Sequence record: MH383160.1
Strand: one strand, 5' to 3'
DNA: 64,000 nt
Shown: positions 28,612 to 37,914 of the stretch, one piece after another
Layout of the letters: each line of letters begins with the position of its first letter
How positions within the stretch are numbered: the first letter of the stretch is position 1
Position numbers and translations under genes: made by a program
The notes under the pieces: model-generated
Told to the model about the DNA's origin: nothing
The model's input: only the letters and a program-made list of their open reading frames with translations
Database searches by the model: none

Positions 28612-29145
28612 TTATTTCCTCATGTATTTTATAACGTCTTCAAATAATTGTATTTTTAAGTCCTCGTCATTTCCAGGTAAAAACTCACGAAAACTATCAA
28701 AATCTTCATTTTTTGCGAAGTTACGCATTTGTGTTGAGCTATATTGACTTGATTGGCGGTCAATACCTGCTTGAATTGCTTTTATATTACAAAAATTATA
28801 CAACTTCCCATTGTAACTGTCAAGTGTTTTCTGAAAAGAATCAATACGGTCTGAACCACATATAAAAAATACATCTAAATATTTTCCATCTAATTCACGC
28901 ATTATATCAAAAAGATTATCTTCAGTATAAATGTTTTCTTGAACCGAAGGATAGAAACCCTCAGTGTAATACATCTTTAATTCAGGAGGAAGCGGGTTTT
29001 TTATATTATCAGTACTGGTGCTTAGATATATTTTCAAATCTGCATTGTACTGTTCTTGTAATGTTTTGGCCTTTTCAAAAACTAAACCATGACCATTGTG
29101 GACTGGGTTACATCTCATAAATGATAATATACATGTTTCTTTCAT
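28612..29145 (-). CDS. HIGH-family nucleotidyltransferase (cytidylyltransferase-like)
   Basis: FMRCNPVHNGH, GSDR and YSSTQMR motifs. Confidence 0.85.
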   Translation of the reverse strand: MKETCILSFMRCNPVHNGHGLVFEKAKTLQEQYNADLKIYLSTSTDNIKNPLPPELKMYYTEGFYPSVQENIYTEDNLFDIMRELDGKYLDVFFICGSDRIDSFQKTLDSYNGKLYNFCNIKAIQAGIDRQSSQYSSTQMRNFAKNEDFDSFREFLPGNDEDLKIQLFEDVIKYMRK

Positions 29146-29663
29146 AAATTCTTCATCACCAATCCAAGAGATTTAAGATAATTGATTTTAGCAGTGGTTA
29201 AGTACTTATCTAGTACTATCAGACACGAAGGAAATGGTGCTGAATCTGTTTTCTTCTCTGGTTCTTCTGGGATACCAAATCGTAACCTTCCCTTAATAAA
29301 ACAAATACAATCACAAACTTTCGCAGCATAATCCTGAAAAGCTATAGTATCCGTTCTTGATGGTACAAGAATTAATACAGTTGCCCCTTTATTATACGCA
29401 TCTACTGCTTTAGATAACCATGTTTTCAAATCACTATATGGAGGGTTCAACCAAACTATATTCTTTCCCCAATCCTGTGAAAGAGAATCATCATTTGGTG
29501 TAAAATAATTCTCACATAATGCAGTCTCATCAACACAAGCAGCATCAAGCGTAAATCCCCATAACTCATCTAACTCTTCAAAGAAATCTTTTGGAGTTGT
29601 CCAGTTATCTTTACCAGTACTGAAGTGTACTGAATGTTTGTTCGAAGTATCCTTCTTCGACAT
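29142..29663 (-). CDS. DNA N6-adenine methyltransferase (phage Dam/PF05869-type)
   Basis: WTTP, FTLDAA, WLNPPYS and PSRTDT motifs. Confidence 0.92.
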   Translation of the reverse strand: MSKKDTSNKHSVHFSTGKDNWTTPKDFFEELDELWGFTLDAACVDETALCENYFTPNDDSLSQDWGKNIVWLNPPYSDLKTWLSKAVDAYNKGATVLILVPSRTDTIAFQDYAAKVCDCICFIKGRLRFGIPEEPEKKTDSAPFPSCLIVLDKYLTTAKINYLKSLGLVMKNL

Positions 29664-29679
29664 GTTATAAATCCTTTTG

Positions 29680-30225
29680 TTATAGACAGTTCTGTACTAT
29701 CTTATCAAAAGTACTACTGTCAATGTTATATTCATACAAAAATTTAAAATGTGAACCATAACGCATCATCAGATTAAACTCTTCTTCAGTATTAAATTTG
29801 TAATCATGAAGAGTTTCAGGGGTACATGTTAAACCTAAAAACTCAATTATTTCAGATGTTACATCATTTCCTGAATTGAAGTATTTAACCCAAACACATT
29901 TTCCTTGTGGGTTGTATTTTCTATATTCTCCTTCTAGTTCTCCTTTTATAATATGAGCCTTAACACTTATTAAATTATTACTATATCTTTCCTCGAAATA
30001 ATTACCATACTGTGCTTTTAATATTGTTGGTTTTTGTGTAGGAAGTAATTTGACTGAAGTAACTTCAATGCCGTTCTGTAATTCCTTTATGTACGAAATG
30101 CATCCTTTTTCTTTAATAACAACAAATCCTGTAAAGTTATCTTCATCTTGTAATTGGTTTTCACAATCAACAAAATCCAAAGTCTTATAGGTAAAAGTTT
30201 TTTGTTTTCTAATAAATGCCATCAT
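29680..30225 (-). CDS. MORN-like repeat protein with degenerate FQ-type module
   Basis: GELEGEYRKYNPQG; TEEEFNLMMRY; start reassigned to MMAF after an AGGA RBS. Confidence 0.65.
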   Translation of the reverse strand: MMAFIRKQKTFTYKTLDFVDCENQLQDEDNFTGFVVIKEKGCISYIKELQNGIEVTSVKLLPTQKPTILKAQYGNYFEERYSNNLISVKAHIIKGELEGEYRKYNPQGKCVWVKYFNSGNDVTSEIIEFLGLTCTPETLHDYKFNTEEEFNLMMRYGSHFKFLYEYNIDSSTFDKIVQNCL

Positions 30226-30329
30226 TATTCCTATGGAAACATCAATGAATATACGTGACGTTGATTTCATCAACATCAGTAGAATTACCATGCTACGCAT
30301 GTCTAATTCTACAAGTACTATTTTCTTTT

Positions 30330-30871
30330 AATTAATATTGACGGGGTTTGCTTGAGCATATTTCATCCCCCCGCAGGGGAAAGAACAAAAAAGTTTGACG
30401 CTGGTGGCCTTCACATAGTTCATATCACGAATTCTCTTACGAGACGAAAGCGGGTTGCTCTGTTTCTCTCTATCGCGGTTCTTGTAGCAACGGTCGTCGG
30501 TCTTAAACATCCCGACACATAATACAAATACCATATGACCAGTACTTGTATTTGATTTCACAAAATTTGGACGCAACTATATTGTATAATTCCGACCGCA
30601 TATTTCTTATGAAATCTCCCTTAGATAATTGGTAAGGTGCGATCCTTATATGTCTATCGAGGAACTCTCTTTATCCTATTGGAGTTCTTTATACAGCCGC
30701 ATTGCCGTGAGTGGTTCAAACTATGCCATCATCTAACGGGTTTCATCTGCTGTTCGTACTGAAAGGACTACTCATCTACCCTCTACATTTTCGAGTGGAT
30801 TAGGCTTTTAATCATTTCCTCATAGGAACCTTTCAGGATTAAAAAAAAGGTGACAACAACATCTGCTGTCA
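30330..30871 (-). ncRNA. candidate large structured non-coding RNA (~500 nt), boundaries approximate
   Basis: 41% GC over 30361-30840; many local and long-range helices; promoter directly upstream; no credible CDS. Confidence 0.65.
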
Positions 30872-30875
30872 CCTT
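30841..30875 (-). terminator. Rho-independent terminator
   Basis: AAGGTGACA/TGTCACCTT stem plus T run. Confidence 0.8.
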
Positions 30876-30877
30876 AC

Positions 30878-30905
30878 ATTATATCATTAACTTATTCTTT
30901 GTCTC
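30878..30905 (-). promoter_or_regulatory. extended -10 promoter for the candidate ncRNA
   Basis: GAGACA-N16-TATAAT with TG extension. Confidence 0.65.
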
Positions 30906-31758
30906 AGTTATATTCTGTTTTTTCAGTAAAATTTGTCAGTATATCAACGCTTACGCATCTAATAATTTCAATCTTACTTGGCATTAAACGGTGTTTATTT
31001 TTAACGTACAATTCATCATCTTCAATAAAAGACGTAAAAATGAATGCCATATCTTCACGTGGAATTTGTAAAATATCACACATTTCATTTGCCGATGCTA
31101 CTGGTGAATCATTGTAATACTTAGAGTATGCATTGGATTGGCGACCGATTATAATAGAATTTCTGATTAGAAAATTACTACAGTACTGAAAATCTTTGTA
31201 GTACTTTTCAATAATGTACGGCATAAGTGCTTCTTTCACGTCTTCATACCCATTAGTACTATCAATTGCTATACAGTAATCTTCACGTTCTTTTTTCTCA
31301 TGATGGTAATCATAAACATACTCAAAGAATGAATTTTTATTTAATGAATCATTTAAACCAACTGATCCACTATAGTATGATTTTCTATCATTCAATCGAT
31401 CATCTGGGCATGATGCATACATAGAAGTGTCATGTGATGATGTACCAATATAAATTTTCTTAGTAATATGATTATATGCTATGTAATCATAATCTTGAAC
31501 TCCAGTTAGCATTAACTGGAACATTAAATCATCAGGAACATCAATTAACGGGTACTCAAACTTCGAATATCTACTGCGGCAGAAGTTCTTTTCAAATGCT
31601 CGGTATGTGATAAAATCTTTTAGATTTTTACAAGATTCATGTTCATGAGCACTACTGATACGTACATTGACATTAGTCGATGTGCAATATCCATCCGAAT
31701 CTTCGGTGAAGTTACCAGCATAATCCTTATTGTAGTCAACGATTAGATAAAGTTTCAT
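30904..31758 (-). CDS. hypothetical protein with internal FQ-type module
   Basis: 284 aa; PDDLMFQLML. Confidence 0.8.
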   Translation of the reverse strand: MKLYLIVDYNKDYAGNFTEDSDGYCTSTNVNVRISSAHEHESCKNLKDFITYRAFEKNFCRSRYSKFEYPLIDVPDDLMFQLMLTGVQDYDYIAYNHITKKIYIGTSSHDTSMYASCPDDRLNDRKSYYSGSVGLNDSLNKNSFFEYVYDYHHEKKEREDYCIAIDSTNGYEDVKEALMPYIIEKYYKDFQYCSNFLIRNSIIIGRQSNAYSKYYNDSPVASANEMCDILQIPREDMAFIFTSFIEDDELYVKNKHRLMPSKIEIIRCVSVDILTNFTEKTEYN

Positions 31759-31770
31759 ACATCTCCAGAC

Positions 31771-31805
31771 AAAAAAAAAGGACGAGATAACAAATCCCGT
31801 CCTTT
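31771..31805 (-). terminator. Rho-independent terminator
   Basis: AAAGGACG/CGTCCTTT stem plus T run. Confidence 0.75.
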
Positions 31806-31811
31806 GGTTTA

Positions 31812-32117
31812 TTAGTGACTTGCCCAGCAGTAAACAGGACGTAGATTTTCCATTGGATTTACTTCAGGCTTCAGTACTGTTACACGTACTTCATATGGAG
31901 TTCCATCTGCATGATGGAATGTTTCATAATGAATACTTTCAATAAATGTTTCGTATTCTTCTTGTGAACGTGAACGTACTGCTGATGAATATTTCTTCTT
32001 AGAATCTGCTTTAAGTGTAACACTGACTAGTTCTGATTCCTCACCTTCTTCAAGTTTGTTGAAATCGAACTCTGGTACACCTTCAAACATATCAAATTTC
32101 ATTCCATTGTCTTCCAT
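31812..32117 (-). CDS. hypothetical protein
   Basis: 101 aa, AAGGA RBS. Confidence 0.75.
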   Translation of the reverse strand: MEDNGMKFDMFEGVPEFDFNKLEEGEESELVSVTLKADSKKKYSSAVRSRSQEEYETFIESIHYETFHHADGTPYEVRVTVLKPEVNPMENLRPVYCWASH

Positions 32118-32166
32118 TTTTAAATTCCTTTTATATAATGTTAATTAGATATTTTTAATAAGCAGA

Positions 32167-32553
32167 TTAGATTGTGTCATACTGTAGTGTTCCGTGACGG
32201 AATTTTTCAAGTCGTGCTAGGACTTCTTTTCGTTCGACAATTTCTGGAACATCTTCTTGTAGTTGATCACAAACTTCAACAATGAAGTCCCAATCACTCT
32301 CACAACTTTGTCGTACCGCCTCAATTGTTTTCCAATCAGTACTGATATCACCATCAGCATTTTGATATACAGGCCAAACTTTTCCATAATCAGCAATGGA
32401 TTTGTCATTTAGAATACGAATGGCATTGAAAATCTGACCAGTACTGAAGTGTTTTGTATTCTTCATATCTTCTAAACAGCATAGCTTTGGTTCACCTTTT
32501 ACTTCAATGAGTAAAACACCACCAATTGCTTTTAGGATTGAACTTGTATTCAT
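32167..32553 (-). CDS. hypothetical protein
   Basis: 128 aa, GGAG RBS. Confidence 0.75.
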   Translation of the reverse strand: MNTSSILKAIGGVLLIEVKGEPKLCCLEDMKNTKHFSTGQIFNAIRILNDKSIADYGKVWPVYQNADGDISTDWKTIEAVRQSCESDWDFIVEVCDQLQEDVPEIVERKEVLARLEKFRHGTLQYDTI

Positions 32554-32570
32554 CTATATCTCCGTTATCA

Positions 32571-32616
32571 AAAAAAGATGTGAACATTATATCACAAGAA
32601 TCTAATATGTTCACAT
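32571..32616 (-). promoter_or_regulatory. nested terminator and promoter
   Basis: ATGTGAACAT/ATGTTCACAT stem plus T run enclosing TGAACA-N16-TATAAT. Confidence 0.65.
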
Positions 32617-32624
32617 TATTTTCA

Positions 32625-32918
32625 TTAGATTTTAATAATATTGTACCAGTTATCAAAATCCTCAATTGCTAGAATGAACATATTTTCATCATTGAAATCT
32701 AAAATATGTTCATTGTATAGGTAACTAATGTACTTGTTTTTGCATAGTCTAGCATTCATTAGTAACATTTCTACTGCACGTTCATAAGAACAAGGAACAA
32801 GGTATAACTTTGTACCATCTTGGTGAATAATTTCCTCAGCACCATGTGGTATAAAACGTTCTGCTGTATGTGGAATATACGGCTTAGTTTTAAAAATAAT
32901 TTTGAATTTAGTATCCAT
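32625..32918 (-). CDS. hypothetical protein
   Basis: 97 aa, GGAGG RBS. Confidence 0.75.
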   Translation of the reverse strand: MDTKFKIIFKTKPYIPHTAERFIPHGAEEIIHQDGTKLYLVPCSYERAVEMLLMNARLCKNKYISYLYNEHILDFNDENMFILAIEDFDNWYNIIKI

Positions 32919-32934
32919 ACCAAATCCTCCAGAT

Positions 32935-33789
32935 TTATAATGTTTCTTTTATGTTATGTAACATAGTATTAACTATGCACATCTTACCACCTAACTTGTA
33001 GTAATATTCTAACTTATTAATAATATTACTTTTTAATATATCAAATATTTGATATTCATTTGGATCGAAACTAAGTTCGAATTGGAATGTATATAAATTG
33101 TTAAAGATGTGAACTAATGATGCATCTGGTGATTCCATTGTAACTGTATATTTTTCACGATAACCAGTACTAATCACTACTTCGGATATATCACCTTTCA
33201 TGTATATGTCAATATTGTACATCATTGGTCTGCCTGTGGCAATATCTTTCATGCGAAAGAATGCAGTGCTACGATATACAATGCCTTCTGAAACCTGTTC
33301 TTGTATAGTGATATTTGAAACTTCACTCTCTTGGAATTTGGACTCGAATGAATGAGTGTAATTTGTTTTTTCATTATCCGTGTGCATAGTACATGTGTAT
33401 TTTCCAAAATCATCTCTAGATGTATATGATTTATCACTGCTAGTTTTATAGAACGAAACACCATTGATATGTTGTTCTTTATACATCATCGTGTCATGTG
33501 ATTTGTAGTATGAACAATTAGGTGTTGCAAGAGATTCAAACTTGTTCACATCATGACAGTAAGAAATAGAAGAATCGCTATACATTACTACATCACGAAT
33601 TGCAACTTCTTTTGTAAAACCTTTTTTGACGGAAATTTGAAAGTCATTGTATGGGAAGATTGTATATCCATCGTATGCATCTGATGTACTGATACCAAAT
33701 GGTGTAGTAGAATTCAGAAATTCGTTGATATGTTCAAGTACTGAATACTTTTTAAAATTAAGAAAATCTGAAATGTCTAACATATACAA
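32935..33789 (-). CDS. hypothetical protein with degenerate FQ-type C-terminus
   Basis: 284 aa; FQFELSFDP. Confidence 0.8.
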   Translation of the reverse strand: MYMLDISDFLNFKKYSVLEHINEFLNSTTPFGISTSDAYDGYTIFPYNDFQISVKKGFTKEVAIRDVVMYSDSSISYCHDVNKFESLATPNCSYYKSHDTMMYKEQHINGVSFYKTSSDKSYTSRDDFGKYTCTMHTDNEKTNYTHSFESKFQESEVSNITIQEQVSEGIVYRSTAFFRMKDIATGRPMMYNIDIYMKGDISEVVISTGYREKYTVTMESPDASLVHIFNNLYTFQFELSFDPNEYQIFDILKSNIINKLEYYYKLGGKMCIVNTMLHNIKETL

Positions 33790-33806
33790 TCCTCATAAAT
33801 TTAGAC

Positions 33807-33836
33807 AAAAAATTAGTCGAGAATAAATCTCGACTT
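33807..33836 (-). terminator. Rho-independent terminator
   Basis: AGTCGAGA/TCTCGACT stem plus T run. Confidence 0.75.
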
Positions 33837-33944
33837 GTGTTTTACTTTACCATTTTTCATTTCTTTTTTACGATCCACATGTGTCTGTGGCTTGTTAAAC
33901 TCATTCATGTGTTTCTGTACGAAATTGTTTACTTTCTTAGCCAT
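33813..33944 (-). CDS. small basic phage protein (not in ORF track)
   Basis: 43 aa MAKKVNNFVQKHMNEFNKPQTHVDRKK...KHK, a pattern common in myophage mini-proteins; GGAG RBS. Confidence 0.75.
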   Translation of the reverse strand: MAKKVNNFVQKHMNEFNKPQTHVDRKKEMKNGKVKHKSRFILD

Positions 33945-33946
33945 AC

Positions 33947-34420
33947 TTACTCCAAACTGGGATCTTTAACTGTTAGACTTTCTATGTCACTCGCATAAAG
34001 AACTACATTGGATTGATTTTCAGATACTTTAAAGTCGTGATAACTGTCTTTTACAATAAAATTATCTAATATAAACCCTTTACTACAGCACATCATAATT
34101 TTATCATCTTTGATTGTGTAGGTGTTTTTCTTTTTACGTACTTCAGATTGTGGCGTAATACTATCGTTATTACGAATAACACAATCAATATATTGTTCAT
34201 TTGTACTCATAGGCATACCCATGATAAACGAGTTTTCAGTACTGATTGTTAGTATAAAAACGTTAGTATTTGGGTTGTGAAAAAAATCATGCATTGTCTT
34301 GCTACACAAAAATAGACATTGAATAATGTCCTTCACATTAAACATTATATCATGAACTTTGAATGCGTCCAACTCTAAAATGTCATCAATTTTCCCATTT
34401 TCAACAGTTTTAATCTCCAT
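33947..34420 (-). CDS. hypothetical protein
   Basis: 157 aa, AGGA RBS. Confidence 0.75.
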   Translation of the reverse strand: MEIKTVENGKIDDILELDAFKVHDIMFNVKDIIQCLFLCSKTMHDFFHNPNTNVFILTISTENSFIMGMPMSTNEQYIDCVIRNNDSITPQSEVRKKKNTYTIKDDKIMMCCSKGFILDNFIVKDSYHDFKVSENQSNVVLYASDIESLTVKDPSLE

Positions 34421-34462
34421 GATCTATCCTTGATCTTCTAATGCACTCCATGTGCGTTTTTA

Positions 34463-34960
34463 TTAAGTCACTGCATTATACTTCTCTATAGCATTAGTAA
34501 TATTTAATATAGCTTCAGGAACCATTTCTTTATTGTATTCACGTTTTAAATTTTCCATTTTCTTAATAATTTCCAAGAAAAATGGCAAAATACATGAAGT
34601 ATCTGTAAAATTACATGAGTACAAAGTACTCATTTGAAATAATTCACCTGAATCAATATTAAGAGTATTGTATTCCTTAACAATGTTTTCGTTTGAATTG
34701 AAAATGTGAAATACTGTTCCCATGTGATGAAGATATACACCATTCTCATTTTGAATATTGCATGGTGTGATTACAATAGCAGTGTTGTCAATATTATTTA
34801 CTATTGATAAACGCAGACTATGTAAACCAAAAATAACAGTGCAATCACTTGAACTGCTTTGAATTTGGTCAGCAGTTTGTGTAACACTTGTAATATTTTC
34901 TCCATCAAGACAACTCTTGATTTTATCAAATGAATTTTTCATTGATTTAGTTAGATACAT
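34463..34960 (-). CDS. FQ-module family protein
   Basis: SGELFQMSTLY. Confidence 0.8.
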   Translation of the reverse strand: MYLTKSMKNSFDKIKSCLDGENITSVTQTADQIQSSSSDCTVIFGLHSLRLSIVNNIDNTAIVITPCNIQNENGVYLHHMGTVFHIFNSNENIVKEYNTLNIDSGELFQMSTLYSCNFTDTSCILPFFLEIIKKMENLKREYNKEMVPEAILNITNAIEKYNAVT

Positions 34961-35364
34961 TTATGAACACCTTCGAAATATTTGATTAATGATTTTATCA
35001 TATCGCTACTAATGCCATGTAAGTCAACACCTAAACACTCGTATTGAAAAAAATCAATATCCTCCAGCGTGTTTAGATCAATTTCCACCTTATCATGACC
35101 CAACGAATTCATAATAACGTTTTTATCATTAATTGTCAAGAAAGTTTTATTACTTGAACCTAAAAAGATTTTAACATGTTTATTTGGCATTGCATCATAA
35201 GACAACGATTGTGAACCATAAATGTATGTACCTTCCATCGAACCAGTATCTATAAAGTATAGACGAATCCCTTTATGGTATTTTGACTCCTTAGTGATCG
35301 CCTCTATTAGTTCATCTGTGGTTGTTAACCTTGTTTCTTTCTTCTCTAAATTGCTCAAATGCAT
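34951..35364 (-). CDS. FQ-module family protein
   Basis: EDIDFFQYECL. Confidence 0.7.
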   Translation of the reverse strand: MHLSNLEKKETRLTTTDELIEAITKESKYHKGIRLYFIDTGSMEGTYIYGSQSLSYDAMPNKHVKIFLGSSNKTFLTINDKNVIMNSLGHDKVEIDLNTLEDIDFFQYECLGVDLHGISSDMIKSLIKYFEGVHKCI

Positions 35365-35785
35365 AAAATAATACCTTGATCATTTGTAATGTTTCCGACA
35401 TTACATCAGCAGAAAATTGAACATCAGTGTATTTTACCATAGTACTTTGAGTAAAGAAAGTAGCTTCAATATCTTCAAGGTCAAATGGCTCATCAAATAA
35501 ATTAGTACTGAACATATCAGTTTTTTTCTTATAAGTCAACATAAACTTAGCACTGTATCTCAATACAATTTCATCTTTACTTACTAAAATTCGTGCAATG
35601 TTCTGTCTACCCAGTGTTGTAATGTTAACATTAAACGTATTCTTTCGTGCCTCAACAATATCAACGAAATAACCATCACCTTGGTAAACGTTATGACGAA
35701 CTTCTAATCCTTGTTGAACTGTATTGAACAGTGCGTCCTGGATAAAATAATTTGCAGTATCGATGTTTCCTAAAATATCTAACAT
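35312..35785 (-). CDS. FQ-module family protein (degenerate)
   Basis: EATFFTQSTMV. Confidence 0.7.
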   Translation of the reverse strand: MLDILGNIDTANYFIQDALFNTVQQGLEVRHNVYQGDGYFVDIVEARKNTFNVNITTLGRQNIARILVSKDEIVLRYSAKFMLTYKKKTDMFSTNLFDEPFDLEDIEATFFTQSTMVKYTDVQFSADVMSETLQMIKVLFYAFEQFREERNKVNNHR

Positions 35786-36315
35786 AACTTCTCCTTTATA
35801 GCTGTCATATTTAGAAGAAATTCAGTAAGCAATTCCTCCGTAACATGCTCTGTATACCAGAATATCACAATATCTTTTGAAAGTCGTGTATTCATAAAAA
35901 TATCTACTAACTCTTTGTAGTACTCTAGCGTTTCGAGATTTGTGAGAATTAACGAGTACTGAAAGAGTAATTCTTCCGTTAGATTAAATTCTGGATAAAG
36001 TAAATCATTGAACTCATGTGATGCAGTTTGAACTTTAATTTCTTTGAAGTTATTGGTTATACAACCGGAATAAATATTTCGGTGCAACTCTCTGTACAAC
36101 GCAGCATAATCTATGAATTTTGCTTTAGGGTTAAAATCAAGAACACTTTCACCTTTATATGACAATCGGTGGAACGCCGAGAACATAGTCACTTCCCACG
36201 GTTGCTTAATATCTAGCTCAGTAATATCAATATTATTGGACAGAAGAACCGTAAAAATCTCACCAATCTTTAATAGTAACTTAGTACGTGCTAGTACTGT
36301 CATAGGTTCAATCAT
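35779..36315 (-). CDS. FQ-module family protein
   Basis: TEELLFQYSLIL. Confidence 0.8.
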   Translation of the reverse strand: MIEPMTVLARTKLLLKIGEIFTVLLSNNIDITELDIKQPWEVTMFSAFHRLSYKGESVLDFNPKAKFIDYAALYRELHRNIYSGCITNNFKEIKVQTASHEFNDLLYPEFNLTEELLFQYSLILTNLETLEYYKELVDIFMNTRLSKDIVIFWYTEHVTEELLTEFLLNMTAIKEKLC

Positions 36316-36728
36316 TATACACCTTCATATTCATCAAGGAAATCTTCGATGATCATTTCAGCTTCATCCATATGCATCGCATCAACTTCAATAATACGAA
36401 TTTTAGATGTATCCCAAATCATAAAGCTAGGAACATTGTCTGGCTCGTAATCATTTTTGTACTGAACAGCATCATAACCTTGAGCCGTGCAATTCTCAAT
36501 AAGTGAACGCCACTCATCATCACTGCCTAAATCTTCACACAGAAGCACGTTATCAACATCAACTTCTAAGGTATGCAAGTATACTGTACATGCGTCAACA
36601 ACGTTTAGTGGGCTTCTCAGCTTGCGTAAGGCAGCTTCCAAAGCACTGTGTTTACCTCCCATATGAAGTCCACCATACGGGATATAAAAGTTATCAATTT
36701 TTACAGTACTCGCATGATACAGTTTCAT
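36315..36728 (-). CDS. ADP-ribosyltransferase-fold-like protein
   Basis: LYHAS, GLHMG, LY and GYDAVQYKNDYE pattern seen in ART-like phage domains. Confidence 0.55.
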   Translation of the reverse strand: MKLYHASTVKIDNFYIPYGGLHMGGKHSALEAALRKLRSPLNVVDACTVYLHTLEVDVDNVLLCEDLGSDDEWRSLIENCTAQGYDAVQYKNDYEPDNVPSFMIWDTSKIRIIEVDAMHMDEAEMIIEDFLDEYEGV

Positions 36729-36737
36729 ATTTCATTC

Positions 36738-37322
36738 CTATTTCAGTACTTTAGTCAATGCTTTCACAGCGGTTTCGAGTTGAGCATAGTCGTTAATTGT
36801 AAGGTAATGAATACCATGTGCATTCATTTCAGCATCTATTTTACTATATAAATCAAACATGTCAAGGATATGATTGTATGCATATGAAGTATTTGAAACA
36901 CACAATTCTTGGAACAAACGTTCTTCCAAGTCATTCACAACTTCACCATGAATGTCAAGTACTACACCATCTTTGTAAGTATAGTATTCTTCACTCCACT
37001 CTTCAGAAAGTCGGAACAGTAACGGATTCCCGCCGAACACTTCCATGTCATAGGAATTTATCTCACTAAGTAGTGTTTCACCTGGTTCTGGTGTGAAGTC
37101 GAAATATGCGAGTGTTGAACCATCATAGTCCTTGAGTGATATACCAGTATGATTTAAGCTTACTTCACCATAATTATTATTCTTGAACTTAATTTTGATA
37201 TTAATCTCAATGTATTTTATTGTCTCATCATCACTGAAATTGTAATCAATTTTATACTTTTCCCAAAGAAGTTTGATATCTTTGAAGTACTTTAATTTAC
37301 TTTCAATTTCTTTAAAGTCCAT
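36738..37322 (-). CDS. FQ-module family protein
   Basis: LEERLFQELCV. Confidence 0.8.
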   Translation of the reverse strand: MDFKEIESKLKYFKDIKLLWEKYKIDYNFSDDETIKYIEINIKIKFKNNNYGEVSLNHTGISLKDYDGSTLAYFDFTPEPGETLLSEINSYDMEVFGGNPLLFRLSEEWSEEYYTYKDGVVLDIHGEVVNDLEERLFQELCVSNTSYAYNHILDMFDLYSKIDAEMNAHGIHYLTINDYAQLETAVKALTKVLK

Positions 37323-37914
37323 CTGGAACCACCATTTCTTGAATGTGCTTACATTTTATATTTCCCATATTAGTATGCAATATAAGGGTGTGATTACGCA
37401 ATGATTTTACTTTATAGCACTCATTGAGTACTGAAATAATTCCCCATAACTCTTCTACACTAATAGTGATAGGTTCACTTGTACTCAGTTGCATTAGTGC
37501 TGCTTCAACATCATCTTTGTTATTAATAGTGAACTGAATTCCTCTTTTGAGAATTTTAGTTTTTGGATTGTATTCAGCTAATACATCACCTTCTGGATAA
37601 CCCTCATGAAGTAATAATGTTGTTTCAAAATCACCGCAGTTGAAGTTAATTTCATCATAATCAGGTACACAAATGTTTCCTTCCCCGTACTCATTAGGTT
37701 CAGATTCTAGTGTTAAAATACGCTGAGTCTCATTGCTCAGGATGATAGAATCATTCCAGTACTGGGTAGTGAATGCTCTACGTTTCTTTTGAAAGCACAT
37801 ACTCGACATTGACCCATACTTCTTGTATATGGACTTCTTGAACTCAATAGCAGCAGGAGCCACCTTGATAACTTCACGAATTAAGTCAATAGCTTCTTGA
37901 TAACTTTTTCTCAT
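37312..37914 (-). CDS. FQ-module family protein
   Basis: VEAALMQLSTSEP. Confidence 0.75.
   Translation of the reverse strand: MRKSYQEAIDLIREVIKVAPAAIEFKKSIYKKYGSMSSMCFQKKRRAFTTQYWNDSIILSNETQRILTLESEPNEYGEGNICVPDYDEINFNCGDFETTLLLHEGYPEGDVLAEYNPKTKILKRGIQFTINNKDDVEAALMQLSTSEPITISVEELWGIISVLNECYKVKSLRNHTLILHTNMGNIKCKHIQEMVVPDGL

Noticed and set aside
30328-30576. 82-aa minus-strand ORF inside the candidate ncRNA
   Set aside because: TTG start, no RBS, and it lies across the paired helices. Treated as incidental, though not disproven.
30713-30720. GGTTCAAA resembling a tRNA T-loop
   Set aside because: No 5-bp T stem, acceptor stem or anticodon arm could be formed around it.
30330-30871. Assignment of the RNA as RNase P, tmRNA or a group I intron
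   Set aside because: No GAGGAAAGUCC/P4 pairing, no tRNA-like ends with CCA, and no clear P7 R/S elements or interrupted host gene.
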